Shown here piece by piece: positions 10,181 through 19,181 of a stretch of DNA of 64,000 bases. The position numbers and the translations under genes were made by a program. The notes below the pieces were generated by a model. The model was not told the DNA's origin, did no database searches, and worked only from the letters and a program-made list of their open reading frames with translations. Position 1 is the stretch's first letter, and each line of letters begins with the position of its first letter. This stretch comes from an uncultured Candidatus Saccharibacteria bacterium (GTDB taxonomy: Bacteria > Patescibacteriota > Minisyncoccia > Phycocordibacterales > DATDWN01): NCBI GenBank assembly GCA_964469605.1, contig CAYXZA010000003.1, forward strand, positions 3,721 through 67,720. Reading direction: 5' to 3'.

Positions 10181-10210
10181 TTGACTTTTAGTATCAAGTG
10201 GTGGTATAAT
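10181..10210 (+). promoter_or_regulatory. Sigma70-like promoter (TTGACT-N18-TATAAT) for the RRM protein gene. A ~130-nt leader follows.
   Basis: ttgact at 10181 and tataat at 10205. Confidence 0.35.
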
Positions 10211-10343
10211 ATAGGTAGTGTAAGTTTCTCCACGTTTTTAGTAATAGTCTTAAAAGAACTTTTAAGTCAAAAGTTATAGAGCGTTTCAAGAGAGTTAGTC
10301 GCCTTACATTTGTTTAATATAAAGACTAAAAGAAAAATTGCAA

Positions 10344-10654
10344 TGGTAAAGAAATTGTATGTAGGGAATCTTCCTTATAGCGTCACAGACGCAAAGCTAA
10401 AAGATATGTTTTCACAAGCTGGAACTGTCTTGTCAGCTACTATTATTATGGAAAGACAACCTGTAGTTCGTTCTAAAGGTTTTGGTTTCGTTGAAATGGA
10501 AGATTCTGAAGCTGATAATGCTATCTCTATGTTTAATGACCAAGAACTAGATGGTAGAAAATTGGTTGTTAATGTTGCTCGTCCAATGGAACCAAGAGCT
10601 CCAAGGACAGGTGGCTATAACAGAGGAGGTGATAGAGGTGGTAGAAATTGGTAA
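10344..10654 (+). CDS. RNA-binding protein with an RRM domain and a C-terminal RG-rich tail.
   Basis: RNP motifs KLYVGNLPY (RNP2) and KGFGFVEM (RNP1) are present. The ORF-track start at 10310 is a TTG codon. The ATG at 10344 (MVKKLYVGNL) is the likely start. Confidence 0.75.
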
Positions 10655-11175
10655 TCTTTTCCAGTTTTCTATACACAAACAAAAATCGCTCAAATGAGCG
10701 ATTTTTGTTATTATATATTTATATGTATAGATATATACCAATAATTTTTATTCTTGTTGTTTTAATATTTCAAATACTTTCTTTTGGTCAAGGGACAAAT
10801 CAGAAAGGTTTATATATGGTTTTGGGTGATCAAAAATTTCAAACAGAAATCGTAGATACTCCTTCTTTAAGAAACAAAGGTCTTTCTGGTAGGGACTCTT
10901 TATGTGCCAACTGTGCAATGCTCTTTGTTTTTGAAAATGAGGGTGATTATAGATTTTGGATGAGAGATATGAAATTTCCAATAGACATAATCTGGTTAAA
11001 TAAAGAAGGACAGATTATTTATAGAAAAGAAAATCTAAATCCAGATACTTTTCCACAAACTTTTGGTATAGGGGAAGGTCAAAATAAAAACAAATCTCTG
11101 TATGTGGTTGAGGTTCCTTCTGGGTCATACAACAAATATAACCTTTACATAGGTCAAAAAATTTTATCTAAATAA
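10648..11175 (+). CDS. DUF192-family protein (COG1430-like). The start is uncertain and is probably internal.
   Basis: C-terminal region FWMRDMKFPIDIIWLNKEGQIIY resembles the DUF192 core. An N-terminal hydrophobic segment is present. Confidence 0.45.
   Translation: MVIFSSFLYTNKNRSNERFLLLYIYMYRYIPIIFILVVLIFQILSFGQGTNQKGLYMVLGDQKFQTEIVDTPSLRNKGLSGRDSLCANCAMLFVFENEGDYRFWMRDMKFPIDIIWLNKEGQIIYRKENLNPDTFPQTFGIGEGQNKNKSLYVVEVPSGSYNKYNLYIGQKILSK
10681..10706 (+). terminator. Rho-independent terminator after the RRM gene.
   Basis: The hairpin aaaaatcgctcaaatgagcgattttt is followed by a T-run. Confidence 0.5.
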
Positions 11176-11504
11176 TTTACCATTTTTCTAAAAGCTTTTT
11201 TAAAAACCTTTATTTTCTGCAATTTTTTCAGATAAAATTTTACAACAAAAAAAATCTATTTTAAAAATGTATTTTTTTGGTAAGTTGTCCACTTTTTTGT
11301 AATTTTTTATTTGTTTTTAATGTAAAATTATCTTCACCTAATAGTTTTTTAAAATTTTTAGTAAAAATAGTCGCAAATTTTGTTAAAAATTAGATTTTTT
11401 TGGGTTTTGGTCTTTAAATTATCATAAAAATATATATTTTTTTGGGAATATATCTTTATGAATCTTAAAATCAAATTTTAATAGTTTTGTTTAAATAGTT
11501 TATT

Positions 11505-14183
11505 ATGAATATCACCATAAAAAGATTTGATGGAACAAGGGTTCCATTTAATGCAGATAAAATAAATAGATCGATAGAAAGGGCTTGTGTTGGTTTATCT
11601 GATCCAATATCAAAAGTTACACAAATTGCTACTGAAACCAGACTTACTCTTTATGATGGTATAACAACAGAGGAGATAGATCAGGCAACCATAAATGCTG
11701 CTGTTCAGAATATAAAAGAAGATATTGGTTTTGATAAAGTTGCTGTTAGACTTCTTTTGAAAACCGTTTATAGAAAGGTTTTAGGTGATTATAGTAAAGA
11801 TAATTTTTCAGAATTAAATTTAAAACATAAAGAAGGTTTTATAAACTATATAAACAAAGGTGTTGAAGACGGAAGACTTGATCCTAAAATGAAAAACTTA
11901 TTTAACTTAAACGAACTATCTTCTACTTTGGATTTAGAAAGAGATGAGCTTTTTACTTATGCTGGACTTGATAGTTTGCTTAACAGATATGCACTAAAAA
12001 ACATTGATCAAAGTCCAAGGGAGACTCCTCAATATTTCTTTATGAGAATTGCTATGGGTCTTTCATACAACGAATCTGATCCAACGGCTATGGCTAAAAA
12101 GTTCTATACAAAAATGTCCAAACTTGAATACATAGCAGGAGGTTCAACAAATCTTGCTGCTGGAACACCAAAACCAGCTCTTTCAAATTGTTTCTTGCTT
12201 GAAATTCATGATGATATGGGACATATTGCAAAATCTGTTTCAGATGTAATGCTTCTCTCTAAGGCATCTGGTGGTATAGGTGCATCTATAACAAAACTTA
12301 GAGCTTCTGGTTCTCCACTTCATTCAAACAATGGAACATCGACAGGTCCAACTCCTTTTGCAAAGATAATAGACACTGCTATTCGTGCAATACAGCGAGG
12401 TGGAAAGAAAAAAGGTGCACTGTGTTTTTATATGGAAAATTGGCATATAGATTTTCCAGAATTTTTAGATTGGAAACACAATGCAGGTGATGACTATATG
12501 AGAATGAGAACAGCAAATACTGCGGTTTTTCTCTCTGATGAATTTATGAAAAGAGTTGATAGTTCTGAGCAGTGGTATATGTTTGATCCAAAAGAAACAT
12601 CAGATCTAAATGAGCTTTATGGTCAAGAATTTTCAAAAAGATATCTTGAATATATACAAATGGCTGAGGAGGGTAAACTTCGTGTCTTTAAAAAAGTTCC
12701 AGCAAAGGAACAGTTTAGAAAAATACTTGTATCACTTCAAACTACTTCTCACCCTTGGCTCACATGGAAAGATCCTATAAATATTCGTGCACTAAACAAC
12801 AATACCGGAACTATACATATGTCAAATCTTTGCACAGAAATATGTTTACCTCAGGACAAGGATCATATTGCTGTATGTAACTTGGCATCTATAAATCTTG
12901 CTGCTCATATTAAAAACAAGGAAGTTAATTGGGGTAAACTTGAAGAATCTGTTCGTTTGGCAATAAGGCAGTTAGACAATCTGATAGATATAAATGTTTT
13001 GCCAATAGTTGAAGCTGAAAGATCTGACAAAGAGAATAGAGCAATAGGACTTGGAGTTATGGGTTTTGCTGATGCTATTGAACAACTTGGGATGTCTTAT
13101 GATAGCAATTATTCTGCCGATTTTGCTGATAGGATTTTTGAATTTATATCATATATGGCAATAGATGAGAGTAGTAACTTGGCGGCAGAGAAAGGAAGTT
13201 ATATAAACTTTGAAGGGTCAATGTGGTCAAAAGGAAAAGTTCCTGTTGATACTTTGGATATATTGGAAAGACAAAGAGGTATGGCACTTACTGTAAATAA
13301 AGAAAGTAAACACAAGGGTCTAAATTGGAATACTCTAAGAGAAAAAGTTAAAAAAGGAATGAGAAATGCTACACTTTTAGCGGTTGCTCCAAATGCAAAC
13401 ATTGGTTTAGTTGCTGGAACAACTCCGGGTATTGATGCTCGTTTTGCTCAAGTTTTTTCTAGAAATAAAATATCTGGAAAATATCTTGATATAAATCATA
13501 ATCTAGTAAAAGATTTGGTTAATATTGGAATATGGGATTCTGTAAAAGACAAGATAATAGAAAGTCAGGGTGATATTGCTGATATTTCAGGGATACCACA
13601 ACATTTAAAAGATTTGTATAAAACTTCTTTTACAACATCACCTCTTTCTTATATAGAAGTTGCTGCTAGGGCTCAAAAGTGGGTTGATCAGGCACTTTCT
13701 AGAAATATGTATCTGGAAACAAGAGATGTGGATGAGACTATGGATATATATAAAACAGCTTGGAAAAAAGGAGTTAAAACTACATATTATCTACATATGA
13801 AACCACGACATACAGCAGAGCAGTCAACTGTTGCAGTTAACAAAGCGGTAAAGATTGGAAAAGTTGGTTTCGGTGCTATAAGTTCACTTTCAAGTTCGCC
13901 TGCTTTTTCAATGCCACTTCAAAAATCTTTTGATTCAACTCCTGAAAATATACAAATAAAAGAAGATGTAAAACCAGAAGTTTTAGAAGTTAAAGTCGAA
14001 GAAAATAAAGCTCCTGAGAATATTTTAATTGCAAATCCTGTTGTAAGTCCGATACAAAATGTCTCAACACAAAATATTGATATAAAAAAAGAAGAAAAAG
14101 TTGCAGTTTTAGTAGAAAAGAGTAATATAAATGCTCCAGAAGATCCGGCAGAAGATGCAAATGTTTGTATTGCTTGTCAATAA
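11505..14183 (+). CDS. nrdA: Ribonucleoside-diphosphate reductase alpha subunit (class I) with an N-terminal ATP-cone.
   Basis: ATP-cone MNITIKRFDGTRVPFNADKINRSIERAC is present. Active-site region NLCTEICLP is present. The C-terminal tail carries a Cys pair (CIACQ). Confidence 0.9.
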   Translation: MNITIKRFDGTRVPFNADKINRSIERACVGLSDPISKVTQIATETRLTLYDGITTEEIDQATINAAVQNIKEDIGFDKVAVRLLLKTVYRKVLGDYSKDNFSELNLKHKEGFINYINKGVEDGRLDPKMKNLFNLNELSSTLDLERDELFTYAGLDSLLNRYALKNIDQSPRETPQYFFMRIAMGLSYNESDPTAMAKKFYTKMSKLEYIAGGSTNLAAGTPKPALSNCFLLEIHDDMGHIAKSVSDVMLLSKASGGIGASITKLRASGSPLHSNNGTSTGPTPFAKIIDTAIRAIQRGGKKKGALCFYMENWHIDFPEFLDWKHNAGDDYMRMRTANTAVFLSDEFMKRVDSSEQWYMFDPKETSDLNELYGQEFSKRYLEYIQMAEEGKLRVFKKVPAKEQFRKILVSLQTTSHPWLTWKDPINIRALNNNTGTIHMSNLCTEICLPQDKDHIAVCNLASINLAAHIKNKEVNWGKLEESVRLAIRQLDNLIDINVLPIVEAERSDKENRAIGLGVMGFADAIEQLGMSYDSNYSADFADRIFEFISYMAIDESSNLAAEKGSYINFEGSMWSKGKVPVDTLDILERQRGMALTVNKESKHKGLNWNTLREKVKKGMRNATLLAVAPNANIGLVAGTTPGIDARFAQVFSRNKISGKYLDINHNLVKDLVNIGIWDSVKDKIIESQGDIADISGIPQHLKDLYKTSFTTSPLSYIEVAARAQKWVDQALSRNMYLETRDVDETMDIYKTAWKKGVKTTYYLHMKPRHTAEQSTVAVNKAVKIGKVGFGAISSLSSSPAFSMPLQKSFDSTPENIQIKEDVKPEVLEVKVEENKAPENILIANPVVSPIQNVSTQNIDIKKEEKVAVLVEKSNINAPEDPAEDANVCIACQ

Positions 14184-14210
14184 ATTTATAAATTTAATTT
14201 TTTAAAAAAT

Positions 14211-15236
14211 ATGTCACTAATAGGAAAAGCTTCACCAGAAGATATGAATTTACATCCACTAAATTATAAGTGGGCTTATGATCTATACAATCAAGCTGTT
14301 AGAAACACTTGGTTTCCTCATGAAATAGCTTTAAAAGAAGATCTAGAAGATTTTCAGAAAATGACAGATGATGAAAGACACGCTGTAAAGTTTTTAATGG
14401 CTTTCTTTAATCCGGCAGAGCTGATTGTAAACAGGTCTATTGCACTTGGTATTTATCCTTATCTAAAATCCCCAGAATGTCATCTCTATCTTGCTAAACA
14501 GATGTGGGAAGAGGCAAACCATTGTGTTGCTTTTGAATATGTTTTGGAGACTTTTCCATTTGATAGAGAAAAAATATTCAATTTACATCTTGAAGTTCCT
14601 TCAATGAAAGCAAAAGAGGATTATATAAACAAATATATGAAGAGGATGACAGAAGATTCTTTGGATATTTCAACTGTCGATGGTAAAAAAGATTTTATCA
14701 GGAATTTGGTTGCTACAAATATTGTTATGGAAGGTGTTTGGTTTTACTCTGGATTTATGGTGGCACTTTCTTTTAGACAAAGAAATCAACTAAGAAATTT
14801 TGGTTCAATGATAAACTGGGTTTTAAGAGATGAGTCTCTTCATTTAAAATTTGGTATGAATCTCATTCATAATATTTTAGAAGAAAATCCAGAACTTTTG
14901 ACAGAAGAGTTTGCTGCTGAAATAAGAAACATTGTTATAGAAGGTGTAGATAGGGAAGTTGACTACAACAGAGATCTTTTTCCAAACGGAATCTTGGGAC
15001 TAAATGCTGATTATGTAAACCAATATGTTCAGTATGTTGCAGACAGAAGACTTGAAGAACTTGGTCTTCCAAAATATTACAATGCTACAAATCCAGCAAA
15101 ATGGATGTCAGCAGCAACAGATGTTTATGAGCTTGTAAATTTTTTTGAGGCACAAAACACTAGCTATGAAGTAGATGTAAAATCTGCAGAGACGAAGAAA
15201 GGTGTAAATGAATCAAAAATTGAATCTAGGGAATAA
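14211..15236 (+). CDS. nrdB: Ribonucleoside-diphosphate reductase beta subunit (class Ia R2).
   Basis: Ferritin-like di-iron motifs are present (EEANHCVAFEY, MEGVWFYSGF, RDESLHLKFG). The gene lies immediately downstream of nrdA. Confidence 0.9.
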   Translation: MSLIGKASPEDMNLHPLNYKWAYDLYNQAVRNTWFPHEIALKEDLEDFQKMTDDERHAVKFLMAFFNPAELIVNRSIALGIYPYLKSPECHLYLAKQMWEEANHCVAFEYVLETFPFDREKIFNLHLEVPSMKAKEDYINKYMKRMTEDSLDISTVDGKKDFIRNLVATNIVMEGVWFYSGFMVALSFRQRNQLRNFGSMINWVLRDESLHLKFGMNLIHNILEENPELLTEEFAAEIRNIVIEGVDREVDYNRDLFPNGILGLNADYVNQYVQYVADRRLEELGLPKYYNATNPAKWMSAATDVYELVNFFEAQNTSYEVDVKSAETKKGVNESKIESRE

Positions 15237-15262
15237 GGTGTTGTTTCTTTAAATTTATAAAA

Positions 15263-15314
15263 ATGAAAAACCGCCAGCCCGCGCCGACGATTTTTCTCGT
15301 CGATCGACTGGCGG
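15263..15314 (-). terminator. Rho-independent terminator (minus strand) after the 131-aa gene.
   Basis: Stem ccgccag...ctggcgg encloses the inner hairpin cgacga/tcgtcg. An A-run on the plus strand gives a T-run on the minus strand. Confidence 0.45.
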
Positions 15315-15319
15315 GTGAG

Positions 15320-15715
15320 TTAGTCCGTCACTTCAGTGACGTACCAACCTTTCCCGTGGGTGACAGGAAGACCACATGCCTGGTATTCTTGGTAGAATAC
15401 CACTCTGACCTTTCTGTAGATTTTTTCGCCGAAGATTTTCACTTTGGCGATAGTGTGGGCGTAAGCCGCACACGTTTCTAGGTGGATGTTTCCTTCGCCC
15501 CTCCAATCCTTGGAGGGGCTACCGGAGGCAGGCTTTGTCCACCTCACCTCCGTTACTAGGGCGAGGTTTTTCTCTCGCGCCCACCAGCAGACGGCAACCG
15601 CGGTCTTGCCGACGGGGCAAGCAACTGCCCAGCAACACTCTAGTTTCCACTGAAGAGGAGTTTCAGGTTCCTCTTTGGAGAGGACGTATTTCATCATCTC
15701 TGTTATCATTGGCAT
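15320..15715 (-). CDS. GC-rich foreign gene for a 131-aa Cys-rich protein of unknown family. It may be a papain-like (CHAP/NlpC-P60-like Cys...His) fold, but this is very uncertain.
   Basis: Strong SD (aagggaggaaa) lies 8 nt upstream of the ATG, and the gene has its own terminator. The region is about 50% GC against a ~30% background. Cys cluster LECCWAVACPVGKT, then His at AYAHTIAKVKIFG about 55 aa later. Confidence 0.5.
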   Translation of the reverse strand: MPMITEMMKYVLSKEEPETPLQWKLECCWAVACPVGKTAVAVCWWAREKNLALVTEVRWTKPASGSPSKDWRGEGNIHLETCAAYAHTIAKVKIFGEKIYRKVRVVFYQEYQACGLPVTHGKGWYVTEVTD

Positions 15716-15817
15716 AGGAGTTTCCTCCCTTTCTTTCGTTTGGTTTGGTTTTGCTCATCCAAACGATTTGCTGCTGTACCCAGCAGATAGGTGCTAGAGC
15801 GAGCACCTCTGTTCTAT

Positions 15818-15908
15818 ATTATATCATTTTTAGATGTAAAAGTCAATAACAACCCTCTTTTGTTTTATTGATATAATATTTTAATCTAAAAATAATTTTA
15901 AAAACAAT
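15818..15908. repeat. Direct repeat copy 1 (~90 bp). It duplicates the gap upstream region.
   Basis: attatatcatttttagatgtaaaagtcaataacaaccctcttttgttttattgatataatatttt... is nearly identical to 17321-17410, with 3 differences. Confidence 0.85.
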
Positions 15909-15913
15909 AAAAG

Positions 15914-15945
15914 CACCTGGGGTTGAGCCAGGTGCGTAGGGTTTA
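15914..15945 (-). terminator. Rho-independent terminator (minus strand) after the 465-aa gene.
   Basis: On the minus strand, gcacctggctcaaccccaggtgc is followed by ttttattgttttt. Confidence 0.5.
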
Positions 15946-15957
15946 AAACATGAGAAA

Positions 15958-17295
15958 CTAGCGGCGAGTCTTAGCTCGGTGAGCAACTTCTTTGAGTTGT
16001 CCCTTGCCACGCTCGTGAGGTCGAACATAGGTCTCATTATCGGCGAGCATGATGCCATGCTCTTCTGCTCGCTTGCGTGATTCTGGCGTGGCCTTCTTGC
16101 CTTGCGGAAGTCGGCGGATATGCCAGATCACTTCGTGGCGAGAGATTTCACGAGAACGCTTGGTTGTGTCGGCATCCGCCTTTTCAATTTCCTCTTCCAA
16201 CTCTTGGAGGAGTAAGTCCACGTTTTCGAGTGAACGGATACGCGGAATGAAGAGGTCGAGGTTAAGAAAATGCTTTTTCTTCAGGATATTCTTGATCCTG
16301 TCGAGCACTCCTACGGCGATCGGTGGCTTTGGCATTTTCTCAACTGTCGTGATCGGAACCACGAGGTCGTAGAGTCGGAGAGCTTGAGTGAAGCGAAGGT
16401 ATTCATATAGAGCCACATTGTTGCGACGCTCGAAGAATTGGCGAACAGGCATGAGCCCGAGACCGTAGGAAGCATCCATTTCTCCTTTGATATCCAACGT
16501 CATGAAAACGTGGGCTGGGAAAGAAATTTCCGCACCTACAAATCTACTAATTCCAACTACTCGTTCGGTAGCTTTCGCTCCGATCTGGATGAGGGACTCC
16601 TTGTCTGACAGTCCGATGAAAGCGAACTGTGGAGATATGAACTCTGTCCAGCCAGGGATGAGTTCTCGAATTTCGCAGAAGTCCATGAAGACCCATGCTT
16701 GCGAGGGATCGTGGAGCATGCCATCTTGGAAGAAAGAGTTTTTGACTCCGTACTTCCGAAGGATGGCGAGCTCGTTGATCATATTGGTCGCGTCTTTGGC
16801 TGCTTGGATCGAGTGCTCCTCAATCATGTCTTTTGCTTCTTGTCCAAGCGTAGGGTGAACGAAGAGTTGAGAGGCGAGCCATTCAACTCTATTGACTTCA
16901 CGAACGAAATTCTCCAGACTACTGAACTTGGAATAGAACCAAGTTTCTGTTCCAGTGCCAGAGGCGGAGAGATCAATGTACGTCTTGAGAGTTGCCATGT
17001 TCTTTTCGCCCTTGTCCATTTCAGTTGCGAAGTATGCGGCTACTGCCTGCATTAGCATGTTGCTGCGATTGGTCGAAGCATTTTTGCCAATGCTGTTGAC
17101 TTTGATGCCATCGATCGTGTAGCAGACATCCATATAGGACTGTAGGGCACGATTGAAGTCTTGGTTTTTGACGTAGCGCGTATAGATATCACGCGCCAGT
17201 CTCTTAAGCGTATCGTAAGAGCAGTTCGCGCTGCGAACCAGCACTTGGACCTGCACCTTGAAGGTGAAGTTGGGAATGTCTCGCCATGTGAACAT
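15958..17295 (-). CDS. GC-rich foreign gene for a ~445-465-aa protein of unknown family. The C-terminus is basic and carries R-x4-H motifs (possible HEPN-like, speculative).
   Basis: Long intact ORF at ~50% GC. GGAGG lies 13 nt upstream of the ATG at 17295. The ORF-track start at 17355 falls inside the duplicated repeat. No RT (YxDD), RuvC/Zn-finger, or integrase motifs were seen. Confidence 0.55.
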   Translation of the reverse strand: MFTWRDIPNFTFKVQVQVLVRSANCSYDTLKRLARDIYTRYVKNQDFNRALQSYMDVCYTIDGIKVNSIGKNASTNRSNMLMQAVAAYFATEMDKGEKNMATLKTYIDLSASGTGTETWFYSKFSSLENFVREVNRVEWLASQLFVHPTLGQEAKDMIEEHSIQAAKDATNMINELAILRKYGVKNSFFQDGMLHDPSQAWVFMDFCEIRELIPGWTEFISPQFAFIGLSDKESLIQIGAKATERVVGISRFVGAEISFPAHVFMTLDIKGEMDASYGLGLMPVRQFFERRNNVALYEYLRFTQALRLYDLVVPITTVEKMPKPPIAVGVLDRIKNILKKKHFLNLDLFIPRIRSLENVDLLLQELEEEIEKADADTTKRSREISRHEVIWHIRRLPQGKKATPESRKRAEEHGIMLADNETYVRPHERGKGQLKEVAHRAKTRR

Positions 17296-17320
17296 TACAT
17301 TAACACTGCCTCCGACTCGA

Positions 17321-17410
17321 ATTATATCATTTTTAGATGTAAAAGTCAATAACAACCCTCTTTTGTTTTATTGATATAATATTTTCATCTAAAATAATTT
17401 TTTAAAAACA
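17321..17410. repeat. Direct repeat copy 2 (~90 bp). This is the native upstream/promoter region of gap.
   Basis: Identical to 15818-15908 apart from 3 positions. It abuts the gap ATG at 17411. Confidence 0.85.
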
Positions 17411-18442
17411 ATGAAAAAAATCAAAGTTGCAATAAATGGTGCTGGTAGGATAGGAAGAGCTTTTCTCAAAATCGCTGAAAAAAGAGATGATTTGGAGGTG
17501 GTGGCATTAAATGATCTTGGAAATATAGATAACATTGCTTATCTTTTAAAATATGACACCGCTTATGGCAGAAGTGGTCTTGATGTAAAAGTGGGAGGAG
17601 ACAAAAAAACTATTTTAATTGATGGGAGAGAAGTTAAATTTGTGTCAGAAAAAGATCCAAAAAATTTACCTTGGAAAGATTTTGATATTGATGTGGTGGT
17701 TGAATCCACAGGGTTTTTCACAAGTTATGATGGAGCAAGAGCTCATATAGAAGCTGGAGCCAAAAAAGTTGTAATCTCTGCACCTGCAAAAGATGATCCT
17801 GTTTTAGATACCGATGGTATGATACTTATGGGGGTAAACTGTGATACTTTGAAAGATAAGATCGTTACTTCAAATGCTTCTTGCACAACAAATGCTGGTT
17901 CACCTGTTATTTCCATACTTCATAAAGAGATTGGTATAGAAAAAGCTATTTTAAATACTACTCATGCATATACAGGTAGTCAGTCGATAGTTGATGGTCC
18001 AAATGCTAAAGATTTTAAAGAGGGTAGAGCTGGGGCATCAAATATGGCACCAACTTCAACTGGTGCTGCAAAAGCTACTGCAAAAGTTATAACAGATTTA
18101 AAAGGTAAGTTTGATGGTATTTCAGTTAGGGTTCCTGTTATTGCAGGTTCTATTGCTGATATAACTTTCATTGCAAAAAGAAATACAACAGTTGAGGAGG
18201 TTAATAGTATTTTAAAGAAAGCATCACAAGATAAACATTGGCAGAAAATCTTTTCAGTTGTAGAAGATCCAATAGTATCTAGTGATATTTTAGGACTACC
18301 ATTTGCTTCTATTGCAGATCTTGGACTTACAAAAGTTGTCGATGGGAATCTGGTTAAAGTTATGGCTTGGTATGATAACGAAATGGGTTATACACACTCA
18401 CTTGTTGAGCATGTGATCAAAACTGGTGGTTTTATAGATTAA
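17411..18442 (+). CDS. gap: Glyceraldehyde-3-phosphate dehydrogenase.
   Basis: NAD-binding motif INGAGRIGRAF is present. Catalytic Cys motif ASCTTNA is present. The C-terminal segment WYDNEMGY is present. Confidence 0.9.
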   Translation: MKKIKVAINGAGRIGRAFLKIAEKRDDLEVVALNDLGNIDNIAYLLKYDTAYGRSGLDVKVGGDKKTILIDGREVKFVSEKDPKNLPWKDFDIDVVVESTGFFTSYDGARAHIEAGAKKVVISAPAKDDPVLDTDGMILMGVNCDTLKDKIVTSNASCTTNAGSPVISILHKEIGIEKAILNTTHAYTGSQSIVDGPNAKDFKEGRAGASNMAPTSTGAAKATAKVITDLKGKFDGISVRVPVIAGSIADITFIAKRNTTVEEVNSILKKASQDKHWQKIFSVVEDPIVSSDILGLPFASIADLGLTKVVDGNLVKVMAWYDNEMGYTHSLVEHVIKTGGFID

Positions 18443-18459
18443 TAAAAAATAAAAATTAT

Positions 18460-18699
18460 ATGACAGAAAATTTTTTAATAAAAGGAGTTGATTTTTGGAC
18501 AGAAGAGATAAAAAAAGCAAATGTTTTTAATGAATTAAAGCATTTTAATGATGTTATCACAGGTAACAATGCTCCTTCTGGATATGGAAAAGCTGTTTTA
18601 ACCGATATTACTCTTGATGGAAAAAAATGTGATATTTATCATACTGATTCAAAACAAGGTGATAGTGGACATAGGATTTATATTCATATCAAATCATAA
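18460..18699 (+). CDS. Hypothetical protein. It looks like a truncated paralog of the next ORF.
   Basis: The 79-aa ORF has a C-terminal segment (GDSGHRIYIHIKS) similar to the internal segment GGYSLSIYIHKS of the 140-aa neighbour. Confidence 0.3.
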   Translation: MTENFLIKGVDFWTEEIKKANVFNELKHFNDVITGNNAPSGYGKAVLTDITLDGKKCDIYHTDSKQGDSGHRIYIHIKS

Positions 18700-18710
18700 T
18701 TTTAAAAATT

Positions 18711-19133
18711 ATGTCTCTTGAAGATATTAAAGATCCATATAAAAAGATAGTCTTTAAAGAAGATGAGGGTTTTTATGGAGGTGACCATAATGTTCCTTAT
18801 AATATTTATTACGATATTGTTTGTAAAGATGAAGATATTACAGGAGGATTTTTCATTTGCGCTGAAAATCCAGCTTATTTTGTTTTGACGAATGATACTG
18901 AAGGTGGTTATTCTTTGTCTATCTATATTCATAAAAGTGTTCCAAGAGAATTTGTGGACATATTATTCTTTCATGAAATTAAAGAGGCAGAGTTTAAGTT
19001 TAGCAAGGAAATTGAACCTTCTGTGTGTCATAAAATGGCAGTTGAAGAAGAAGGAAAGTATTTAGAAAGAAATTTTAATAATGAGCAGATAATTAGATTC
19101 AAGGAATATGAAGCTACTATAAGAAAAATATAA
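18711..19133 (+). CDS. Hypothetical protein.
   Basis: 140-aa ORF with no recognised family. Confidence 0.35.
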   Translation: MSLEDIKDPYKKIVFKEDEGFYGGDHNVPYNIYYDIVCKDEDITGGFFICAENPAYFVLTNDTEGGYSLSIYIHKSVPREFVDILFFHEIKEAEFKFSKEIEPSVCHKMAVEEEGKYLERNFNNEQIIRFKEYEATIRKI

Positions 19134-19181
19134 TACATGTGCCAGTTGTGTGTTTTGTGAATAAATAATAAAATATATTTT

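Noticed and set aside
15240-15957. Group I or II intron, or RNase P RNA, in the GC-rich structured region after nrdB.
   Set aside because: nrdB is complete with a normal stop, so nothing interrupts a gene. No RT or maturase ORF is present. No RNase P P4 motifs (GGAAAGTCC / ACAGAA) were seen. The region instead encodes a 131-aa protein with a strong SD.
16049-17352. Several plus-strand ORFs (107-123 aa) inside the 465-aa gene region.
   Set aside because: They are antisense shadow ORFs of the GC-rich minus-strand gene. They lack SDs, and the minus-strand ORF is far longer and has an RBS and a terminator.
15958-17355. IS110 or TnpB/IscB-type transposase for the 465-aa protein.
   Set aside because: No DEDD/RuvC motifs. 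No CxxC Zn-finger. No conserved IS110 N-terminal VGIDV motif. No terminal inverted repeats. The flanking repeat is a 90-bp duplication of host promoter sequence rather than IS ends.
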